Shown here piece after piece: positions 22,901 to 27,000 of a stretch of DNA of 64,000 bases; positions within the stretch are counted from its first letter, which is position 1; every line of letters begins with the position of its first letter. Under the pieces are notes generated by a model that made no database searches, was not told where the DNA came from, and worked only from the letters and a program-made list of their open reading frames with translations. The stretch comes from Candidatus Latescibacterota bacterium. Its GTDB lineage: Bacteria; Latescibacterota; UBA2968. The DNA lies in the NCBI GenBank assembly GCA_965222605.1, contig OZ244960.1:1248001-1312000 (forward strand). The letters run 5' to 3'. Position numbers and translations under genes: made by a program.

Positions 22901-25886
22901 TATCATCTGTCTTATCAGAGGCACTGGCACTGGTCAGAATGTAGCGTATATCATAGATAGAGATAGAGGGCCCTGTATTCGTCGGGGCTGTCCAACTCAC
23001 CTTCAGGCTGTTAAATGTGGCTTGTGCTATCGTCGGGGCTGCGGGCTTACCGGGTGCCTCATTGTCCTGATCCGTCACCGTGATCGTCAGCGTATCTCGC
23101 GCTGTCAACGCTCGACTATCCGCACCACCCGTTGCTTCAACGAACACAATGTATTCATTGTTGTCCCCATCATTAGCCGGGTCTGTAACCGCTACATCGG
23201 TAGGTGCTTCATAGTTGGGTGCTACCTTGAAAGTCAACACGCCCGTCGCTTCAACGATGGAGAACTGTGACCCATCTGCACCGGTAATGATCGCATACCC
23301 TGTGATGCCGTCATCCTCATCTGCATCTGTTGCTACTACTGTGCCAACTGTTGTGGCTGTCGTGATGTTCTCCGATACGGTGAACGATGAGACACTTGTA
23401 ATGACTGGCGCCTGGTTCTGTATCGTTGTCCCTGTCACCGATGAAGACCACGCGCTTGTCCCTTCATCACTCTCTGCGCGAACCTGCACATCGTAGCTCG
23501 TGTTCTGGTCCAGGCTACTAATCGTGTATTCGAGATTGCCACCATTACCACTTGTCCACGCATCCTCAACCTCTGTCCAGTTGGCATCTACATTCTCATC
23601 GGCACTGGTCAGGATATAACGCACATCATAACCACTAATATTTGGTCCCGTATTCGTCGGTGCTGTCCAGTCTATCTTCAAGCTGTTCACCGTTGCTTCT
23701 GCTACTGTCGGGGCAGCAGGCGTGCCAGGGACTTCTGTCACATCACTCACCGTCACTGTAAGCGTCTGCGTTGCCGTCAACGCACGATCACCCACACCAC
23801 TCGTCGCTTCTACAATCACGATGTATTCATTATTACCCGCTACATTGGCTGGGTCTGCAACCGCGACATCAGTGGGCGACTCATAGTTCGGGGCTACATT
23901 GAACGTCAGCACACCGGTTGCTTCCACAATAGAGAACGCTGACCCATCTGCAGCGTCAACTATCCCATACCCTGTGATGTCGTCCTCAGCATCATCGTCC
24001 GTCGCACTGACTGTCACAATGGCTGTGATGATGTTCTCACTCACGGTGATCGGCGCGACAGCAGCGAAGACCGGTCCCTGGTTTTCTACCGTCACCCCTG
24101 CAACAGTATCTGACCATGCACCCGTCCCTTCATCATTCTCTGCTCGCACTTGCACATCATAGCTTGTGTTCTGGTCCAGGCTGCCAATCGTGTATTCGAG
24201 ATTGCCACCATTACCACTCGTCCAGGCATCCGCATCCACCGTCCACTTGGCGTCATCTGTCGCATCTGCACTGGTCAGAATATAGCGCACATCATAGGCA
24301 CTAATATCAGGACCCGTGTTCGTCGGCGCACTCCATTCCACCTTCAGACTGTTAAATGTCGCCTCTGCTATCGTCGGTGTAGCTGGCACACCGGGTGCTT
24401 CGCCAGCCACATTACTCACTGTCACCGTAATCGTCTGCGTTGCTGTCAACGCACGATCACCCACACCACTCGTCGCTTCTACCACCACGATATACGCGTT
24501 ATCCGTATCACTATCCCCTGGACGCTCAAAGTCCGGCGCAGTCTTGAAAGTCAACACACCTGTACCTGACACAATCTCGAACTGTGACTCATCTGCGCCA
24601 CCTGTAATCTCATACCCTGTGATATTGTCGTCAGTATCACTGTCTGCTGCGGTCACTGTGACAACATCTGCTGTGCTGTTCTCACTGACTGAAATCGTTG
24701 ACGTACTCGAGATGACTGGTGCGACATTGGCCTGTGTCACACCTGCAACAGTATCTGACCAACCACTGGTCCCCTCATCATTCTCTGCGCGAACCTGCAC
24801 ATCGTAGCTTGTGTTCTGACTCAGGCTACCAATCGTGTATTCCAAAGAACCACTTGTCCACGCATCTTCAACCTCTGTCCAGTTGGCATCTACATTCTCA
24901 TCCGCACTGGTCAGGATATAACGCATATCATAACCACTAATATCTGGTCCCGTGTTCGTCGGGGCTGTCCAGTTCACCTTCAGGCTGTTCACCGTCGCCT
25001 CTGCTATCGTCGGGGCAGCAGGCGTGCCAGGGACTTCTGTCTCATCTGTCACTGTCACTGTAATCGTCTGCGTTGCCGTCAACTCACGTGTACCTGTTCC
25101 ACTCGTCGCCTCAACCACTACGATATACTCATTATTGCCCGATGCATTCACAGGATCTGCACTAACAACATCCCCTGGACGCTCAAAGTCCGGCGCAGTC
25201 TTGAAAGTCAACGCACCGGTCTGGTCATCAATCTCAAACTGAGACTCATCTGCGCCACCTGTAATCTCATACCCTGTGATATTGTCGTCAGTATCACTGT
25301 CTGCTGCTGTTACAGTGACAACATCTGCTGTGCTGTTCTCACTCACTGAAATCGTTGACGTACTCGAGATGACTGGTGCGACATTCGCACTCGTGGTACC
25401 ACTCACGGTATCTGACCAGTCACCCGTCCCTTCATCGCTCTCTGCTCGCACCTGTATATCATACCCTGTATCAGGCTCTAATGAACCAATCACATATTCA
25501 AGATTACCACCAGTACCACTCATCCAGGCATCTTCCACCTCTGTCCAGTTATTGTCATCTGCCTTATCTGTCTCACTGGCACTGCTGAGGATATAACGCA
25601 CATCATAAGCACTGATCGCAGGTCCCGTGTTCGTCGAGGCTGTCCAACTGATCTTTAAACTATTAAATGTCGCCTCTGCTACTGTCGGTGCTGAAGGCGT
25701 GCCAGGGACTTCTGTCTCATCTGTTACTGTCACTGTAAGCGTCTGCGTTGCCGTCAACCCACGATCACCCGTGCCACTCGTCGCTTCTACAATCACGATG
25801 TATTCATTATCACCCGCTCCACTTGCAGGGGCTGTGCTAACAACATCAGTAGGTGCCTCATAGTTCGGGGCTACCTTGAAAGTCAA
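4920..25886 (-). CDS. Giant surface protein, C-terminal part: FN3+cadherin repeats, two YWTD propellers, GLUG region, DUF4955-like beta-helix domain, Ig-like domain
   Basis: 6988-aa open frame; cadherin motifs (VSEN, ATDAD, PNYE), FN3 motifs (SLKVxW, YDVRY, TSYDVQVRA, GxWS), 12 IYWxD-type repeats, VGGLVG repeats, LPDFSYSGYH domain; starts mid-repeat at a frameshift. Confidence 0.9.
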   Translation of the reverse strand: MTFKVAPNYEAPTDVVSTAPASGAGDNEYIVIVEATSGTGDRGLTATQTLTVTVTDETEVPGTPSAPTVAEATFNSLKISWTASTNTGPAISAYDVRYILSSASETDKADDNNWTEVEDAWMSGTGGNLEYVIGSLEPDTGYDIQVRAESDEGTGDWSDTVSGTTSANVAPVISSTSTISVSENSTADVVTVTAADSDTDDNITGYEITGGADESQFEIDDQTGALTFKTAPDFERPGDVVSADPVNASGNNEYIVVVEATSGTGTRELTATQTITVTVTDETEVPGTPAAPTIAEATVNSLKVNWTAPTNTGPDISGYDMRYILTSADENVDANWTEVEDAWTSGSLEYTIGSLSQNTSYDVQVRAENDEGTSGWSDTVAGVTQANVAPVISSTSTISVSENSTADVVTVTAADSDTDDNITGYEITGGADESQFEIVSGTGVLTFKTAPDFERPGDSDTDNAYIVVVEATSGVGDRALTATQTITVTVSNVAGEAPGVPATPTIAEATFNSLKVEWSAPTNTGPDISAYDVRYILTSADATDDAKWTVDADAWTSGNGGNLEYTIGSLDQNTSYDVQVRAENDEGTGAWSDTVAGVTVENQGPVFAAVAPITVSENIITAIVTVSATDDDAEDDITGYGIVDAADGSAFSIVEATGVLTFNVAPNYESPTDVAVADPANVAGNNEYIVIVEATSGVGDRALTATQTLTVTVSDVTEVPGTPAAPTVAEATVNSLKIDWTAPTNTGPNISGYDVRYILTSADENVDANWTEVEDAWTSGNGGNLEYTISSLDQNTSYDVQVRAESDEGTSAWSSSVTGTTIQNQAPVITSVSSFTVSENITTATTVGTVVATDADEDDGITGYAIITGADGSQFSIVEATGVLTFKVAPNYEAPTDVAVTDPANDGDNNEYIVFVEATGGADSRALTARDTLTITVTDQDNEAPGKPAAPTIAQATFNSLKVSWTAPTNTGPSISIYDIRYILTSASASDKTDDTKWTEVEDAWTSGNGGNLEYTIGSLDQNTSYDVQVRAESDEGTGAWSDTVAGVTVENQGPVFAAVAPITVSENIITAIVTVTATDADEDDNITGYAIVDDADGAQFSIGASTGVLTFKTAPNYEAPEDVQFTDSNNSANDNVAGNNEYIVIVSATGGAGARVLTAMDTIKVTVMDVDTEAPGTPDAPTITQATFNSLKVNWTAPTNTGPAISAYDVRYILTSADETDDANWTVITDAWTSGTGGALEYTISPLAQDTEYDVQILAESDEGTSDWSDTVKGMTSVNVAPVITSTSSFTVSENITTATTVGTVSATDADADDSITGYAIVTGADRSQFSLGEATGVLTFKSSPNYEDPEDVAFTDANNSDNDNAADNNEYIVIVEATGGENARVLTVRDTLTITVTDVTEPPAAPAVPTIAEATFNSLKVEWTAPTNTGPAISAYDIRYILTSADENVDANWTEVEEVWTSGNGGNLEYTISSLDQNTSYDVQVRAENDEGISDWSDTVAGVIQANVAPVISSASTFTVSENSTADVVTVTAADSDTDDNITGYEITGGADGSQFEIDDQTGALTFKTAPDFEHPGDVVSADPVNASGNNEYIVVVEATSGTGTRELTVTQTITVTVTDETEVPGTPSAPTIAEATFNSLTVSWTAPTNTGPEISAYDVRYILSSASETDKADDTKWTEVEDAWTSGTGGALEYTISPLAQNTEYDVQIFAESDEGTSGWSDSVEGMTTENVAPVITLIDAISVAENSTGDIVTISASDADTGDDIESYGIATGADGGQFSIGADSGVLTFSASPNYEAPTDVLVSDPASGAGDNEYIVYVEATGGEDARALTARDTLTVTVTDVTEPPAAPAAPTIAEATFNSLKVNWTAPTNTGPAISSYDIRYIPTSADENVDANWTEVEEVWTSGNGGNLEYTISSLDQNTSYDVQVRAENDEGISDWSDTVAGVIQANVAPVISSASTFTVSENSTADIVTVTASDADTGDDIESYGIATGADGEQFSIGASTGVLTFKAVPNYEDPKDVAVTDPENNADNNEYIVFVEATGGENARALTARDTLTITVTDQDDEVPGQPATPTIAEATFNSLKVEWSAPTNTGPDISAYDVRYIFSSASETDKADDSKWTVDADAWTSGNGGNLEYTIGSLDQNTSYDVQVRAENDEGTGAWSDTVAGVTVENQGPVFAAVAPITVSENIITAIVTVSATDDDAEDDITGYGIVDAADGSAFSIVEATGVLTFNVAPNYESPTDVAVADPANVAGNNEYIVIVEATSGVGDRALTATQTLTVTVSDVTEVPGTPAAPTIAEATVNSLKIEWTAPTNTGPDISGYDVRYILTSVDETDDANWTEVEDAWTSGNGGNLEYTISSLDQNTSYDVQVRAESDEGTSAWSSSVTGTTIQNQAPVITSVSSFTVSENITTATTVGTVVATDADEDDGITGYAIITGADGSQFSIVEATGVLTFKVAPNYEAPTDVVSTAPASGAGDNEYIVIVEATSGVGDRELTATQTLTVTVTDETEVPGTPSAPTIAEATFNSLKVVWNAPTNTGPTISAYDVRYILTSASETDDANWTEVEDAWTSGSLEYTIGSLDQNTSYDVQVRAKNDEGTSDWSATKAGMTTQNQAPVFVVVQPQSVNENSTGAIVTVTATDADEDDNITGYAIVDDADGAQFSIGASTGVLTFKTAPNYEAPEDVQFTDSNNSANDNVAGNNEYIVIVSATGGAGARALTAMDTIKVTVMDVDTEAPGTPDAPTIAEATFNSLKVEWSAPTNTGPDISAYDVRYILTSADETDDAKWTVDADAWTSGDGGTLEYTISSLSQNTSYDVQVRAENDEGISGWSDTVAGVTVENQGPVFAAVAPITVSENIITAIVTVSATDDDAEDDITGYGIVDAADGSAFSIMEATGVLTFNVAPNYESPTDVAVTDPANVAGNNEYIVVVSATGGASDRELTATQTLTVTVTDVTEVPGTPSAPTIAEATFNSLKVVWNAPTNTGPAISAYDVRYILTSADETDDANWTEVEDAWTSGSLEYTIGSLDQNTSYDVQVRAENDEGTGAWSDTVSGTTSANQAPVITSASSFTVSENSTADIVMVTASDADTDDDIESYGIATGADGSAFSIGASTGVLTFKVAPNYEDPKDVAVTDPENDADNNEYIVFVEATGGADSRALTARDTLTITVSDVTEAPGQPATPTIAEATFNSLKNSWTAPTNTGPAISAYDIRYILTSADETDDTKWTEVEDAWTSGSLEYTIGSLNQNTSYDVQVRAESDEGTSAWSSSVTGTTIQNQAPVITSVSSFTVSENITTATTVGTVVATDADEDDGITGYAIITGADGSQFSIVEATGVLTFKASPNYEDPKDVAVTDPENDADNNEYIVFVEATGGAGDRELTTTQIITVTVTDVNEAPDQPATPTIAEATFNSLKVEWSAPTNTGPDISAYDVRYILTNADETDDANWTVVEDAWTSGSLEYTIGSLDQNTSYDVQVRAENDEGISGWSDTVAGVTVENQGPVFAAVAPITVSENIITAIVTVSATDDDAEDDITGYGIVDAADGSAFSIVEATGVLTFNVAPNYESPTDVAVADPASGAGDNEYIVIVEAASGAGDRELTATQTLTVTVSDVETEAPGVPATPTIAEATFNSLKVEWTAPENTGPSITAYDVRYILSSASDVDKANDNNWTEVEDAWTSGNGGNLEYTISSLDQNTSYDVQVRAENDEGISGWSDTVAGVTQANVAPVISSTSTISVSENSTADVVTVTAADSDTDDNITGYEITGGADESQFEIDDQTGALTFKTAPDFERPGDSDTDNAYIVIVEATSGVGDRELTATQTITVTVSNVAGEAPGTPATPTIAEATFNSLKVQWSAPTNTGPSITAYDVRYILSSEDENVDANWTVEDDAWTSGDLTYTIENLSSNTSYDVQVRAENAEGTSNWSATKAGMTTQNQAPVFVVVQPQSVNENSTGAIVTVTATDADGDDNITGYAIVTGADGSQFSLGEATGVLTFKSSPNYEDPEDVAFTDANNSDNDNAADNNEYIVIVEATGGENARALTARDTLTITVTDQDNEAPGKPAAPTIAQATFNSLKVSWSAPTNTGPAISSYDIRYIPTSADENVDANWTEVEDAWTSGNGGNLEYTIGSLDQDTSYDVQVRAENDEGTSGWSDTVAGMTQANVAPVITSASSFTLSENSTADIVTVTASDADTGDDIESYGIATGADGEQFSIGASTGVLTFKAVPNYEDPKDVAVTDPENNADNNEYIVFVEATSGEGDRELTATQTLTITVTDVTEPPAAPAAPTIAEATFNSLKISWSAPTNTGPDISAYDVRYILTSASDTDKTDDSNWTEVTDAWTSGSLEYTIGSLSQNTSYDVQVRAENDEGTSDWSATKAGMTTQNQAPVFVVVQPLSVSENITGVIVTVSATDADTDDTITGYEITGGADGSAFSIVEATGVLTFNVAPNYESPTDVAVADPANVAGNNEYIVIVEATSGAGDRALTATQTLTVTVTDETEVPGTPSAPTVAEATFNSLKISWTAPTNTGPAISAYDVRYILSSASETDKADDAKWTVDADAWTGNNGGNLAYTIGSLSQNTSYDIQVRAKNDEGTSSWSSSVAETTKANVVPVFTSVSAISVNENSTGAIVTVTATDVDNDDSIKGYAITGGVDKDQFEIDDQTGVLSFETALDYERPEDVVSTDPANAEKNNKYIVVVEATSGTGDRALTATQTLTVTVSDVNEAPGVPDTPTVAEVTLNSLKVQWSAPTNTGPDISSYDMRYILSSASTSDKADDTKWTEVADAWTSNNGGNLAYTIGSLSQNTGYDIQVRASNDEGTSGWSTSVAGTTKADVAPVFTSVSAISVNENSTSVVTVTATDADSDDTITGYAITGGVDKDQFEIVSNTGVLSFKTALDYERPEDVVSADPANAANNNEYIVIVTATGGAGDRVLTTTQTLTVTVSDVNEAPGKPSVPTIAAVTLNSLKVSWTVPDNTGPAISAYDVRHIPSNASATDKADDTRWTVVTDAWTSGSLEYTISSLAQNKGYDIQVRAENDEGTGAWSDTVEGITTQNSAPSFTSIARFDILENKINVGVVVADDADSEDSVTGYAIVGGADQDHFSIVSGTGALRFKVAPNYELPTDVESIMPVSGVEDNEYIVVVMATSGAGVRTLTATDTIEVVVVDVRHVPEIPNAPIVTETTPSSVTVTWETAKFEFDSQAQGLLAVALDTSEEKIYWADGLSGIWRADFDGSNVEEVIGDRYLLDIALDTSEEKIYWAETSPNRIQRADFDGSNVETIVTSGSMKGIALDIAGGKIYWTDSNANKIRYADLDGSNVEDVITMGLDNPRGIALDILHGEIYWLDVGTDKIRKVDLDGSNVEDVITMGLDNPWGIALDVAGNKIYWSNGGTRKIGRADLDGSNVEDVITMGLDNPRGIALDVAGNKIYWSDGGTRKIGRADLDIDYDVQYSISGANTFADADYMGTDNTMTIVGLDGNTEYDIQVRVVSSEAEGGWSQSGEGMTRERVSPSFNVTSFDVGENNPFVGIVSASNASSYAITGGVDADKFSFFSDIDLLTFKTAPDYEMASDDNMDNSYIVEVTATNNLGDQSLTTEQAITVTVSDVTAPALSELKVTGSTWNSLMMAMAYELSTPLAEPRDLALDLLKNKIYWIDSGGSRIQRADLDGSNIENIITTGLNSPGDIAVDFVRGQIYWTEAGKVRRADLDGSDIEDIVPTGWPTVVANIALDIIGGKIYWTHSEGLNIVNGVRRADLDGSNSEIILDVGFPRDIALDVSGGKIYWTNNHIDRKVRRADLDGSNIEDIVMSNDAGGSGRINADKIALDLFGDKVYWTDRSNRNVIRRADLDGSNVEDFITSELLSSQDIVLDGGRYRIYWTDDVTNTIHWADIADYEVQYRFRRLGVFSNGNYTGKAAYLTLIDLDAATEYDVQVRATNGEGQGEWSELEGATLFDDYDDDDDGLIEVSNLEQLNAIRYDLDGNGAVDDANNANSYDLAFPLAPSGMGCPSICTGYELTKDLDFNDSDSYASGSVNTDWTIKSSDGWEPIGTASDLFTTTFHGNGHTISHLFIQRDSYEAGLFGKSSGEIKNVGLVGVNVTGRQWVGGLVGHMTGKVFVCYVTGQVGGGGVVGGLVGFNEGRIYTSYANVSVDNAENGGGLVGQNDGTLMACYSTGIVNTSRNAGGLVGWNNDTGTVRICYTTCRVWDNRSGRVGGFFGGASDPRSGTTFSDNYWQERNGYRSDGVGDGTAIEIWRKWLSEMRSPTDANPTIYVTWDDEDVDNDGNTDAPWTFGTSDQLPVLKADFNGDESVTWEEFGNQREKEVLAREWAQNHSVSADDISFTWADFMEAKKNKRQPILPDFSYSGYHYFERPVPNVTHQQFAVTDYGAVPNDNMSDQSAIQAAIDAAEANGSGIIFFPPGEFLVSTNTDKEDDGEGNMINKPIYIGKSNIVLRGSGRESGGTVIRQVNHLPPSIPGTLYTNPYMFTFKPSNWPHSYWVKWNETSTELARITEDAARETFWITVANTSQLRVDQWIVLSMRSNTVTNEFFAPYSKRDSWGDVAVTEKHSIAEIRDNRVRLNEPIHTLRIEADHGWTVRDYSPLLEEVGVEDISFHGSWLEDFEHHKNDRHNSGWSLVLFRGCVNSWARRLSFVNVNRALQVKDSAAISVYQVTTAGNDAHYSMRSVGNYGIWFGLVEDLADHIHGINVMSSTTGDVYWRADQSRDQPIDCHASRPYANLYDRINRGKLDGSGGAEKDMPNHYRHLVIWNFTHDVSSEKYYNFWPSSGSYGYYVKPIIVGFHGDSASFRESTLEVLESNGSAVKPESLFEAQLELRLGNVPAWLDNLKSEWQTLKGTWLLSVPTVLSKNSIDRVLLHVRSPFPGFSSEATVDMSDYFEVKYNKRIDAYSATSSDEDVATVRVRGSNVTIQATSEVPPDLVIQPFIKECQIIVTATSTDGTTATQTIPVRVWWWTR

Positions 25887-27000
25887 CGCACCGGTCTGGT
25901 CTCAAACTGAGACTCATCTGCGCCACCTGTAATCTCATACCCTGTGATATTGTCGTCAGTATCACTGTCTGCTGCTGTTACAGTGACAACATCTGCTGTG
26001 CTGTTCTCACTCACTGAAATCGTTGACGTACTCGAGATGACTGGTGCGACATTGGCCTGTGTCACACCTACAACAGTATCTGACCATCCACTGGTCCCCT
26101 CATCATTCTCTGCGCGAACCTGCACATCGTAGCTTGTGTTCTGACTCAGGCTACCAATCGTGTATTCCAAAGAACCACTTGTCCACGCATCTTCAACCTC
26201 TGTCCAGTTGGCATCTACATTCTCATCCGCACTGGTCAGGATATAACGCACATCATAAGCACTAATATTTGGTCCTGTGTTTGTCGGTGCTGTCCAGTCT
26301 ATCTTCAAGCTGTTCACCGTTGCTTCTGCTATCGTCGGTGTAGCAGGCGTGCCAGGGACTTCTGTCTCATCTGTCACTGTCACTGTAAGCGTCTGCGTTG
26401 CCGTCAACTCACGATCACCCACACCACTCGTCGCTTCTACCACCACGATGTATTCATTGTTATTGGCTGCATTGGCAGGGTCTGTAACCTCAACATCTGC
26501 AGGTGCCTCATAGTTGGGTGCCACCTTGAAAGTCAACACACCCGTTTGATCACCAATCTCGAACTGTGACCCATCTGCATCATTAACAATGCCATAACCC
26601 TCTATGCTGTCATCACTATCACCGTCTGTCGCTGTGACTGTACCAATGTCCCCTGTGCTGTTCTCACTGACTGAGATCGCCGATACATTCGTGAACACAG
26701 GTGCCTGATTCTGCTGCGTCGTCCCCATAACCGATGAAGACCACACACCTGTCCCCTCGTCATTCTTCGCTCGCACCTGTATCTCATAACCCGTGTTCTG
26801 CTCCAGGCCCGTGATCGTGGCACTCAAACCCGTGCCATCGTGAGGCCAAGAAGTGAAGTCACCACTGTTGCCGACCCGATACTGCACATCGTAAGCTGTG
26901 ATCGCAGGTCCCGTATTCGTCGGCGCTGTCCAACTTATGGTCAAGCTATTTAGCGTTGAGGCTGATACTGTCGGTACTGCTGGCTGACCCGGCACCTCGG
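10330..27000 (-). repeat. Tandem array of 25 FN3+cadherin units, about 670 nt each
   Basis: Counted 25 occurrences of the T[F/V/L]NSL FN3 motif at about 670-nt spacing; long near-identical DNA blocks, e.g. 18475-19450 vs 23215-24190. Confidence 0.9.

Noticed and set aside
25883-25886. Two genuine, translationally coupled genes (TTGA overlap)
   Set aside because: The TTG is the Leu codon of the repeat motif ALTFK, there is no SD, and the break is fully explained by a 7-bp deletion relative to sister repeats
10330-27000. CRISPR array or the many antisense ORFs in the repeat region
   Set aside because: The repeats are protein-coding with ~670-nt period and no spacers or cas genes; the + strand ORFs are shadows of the giant frame
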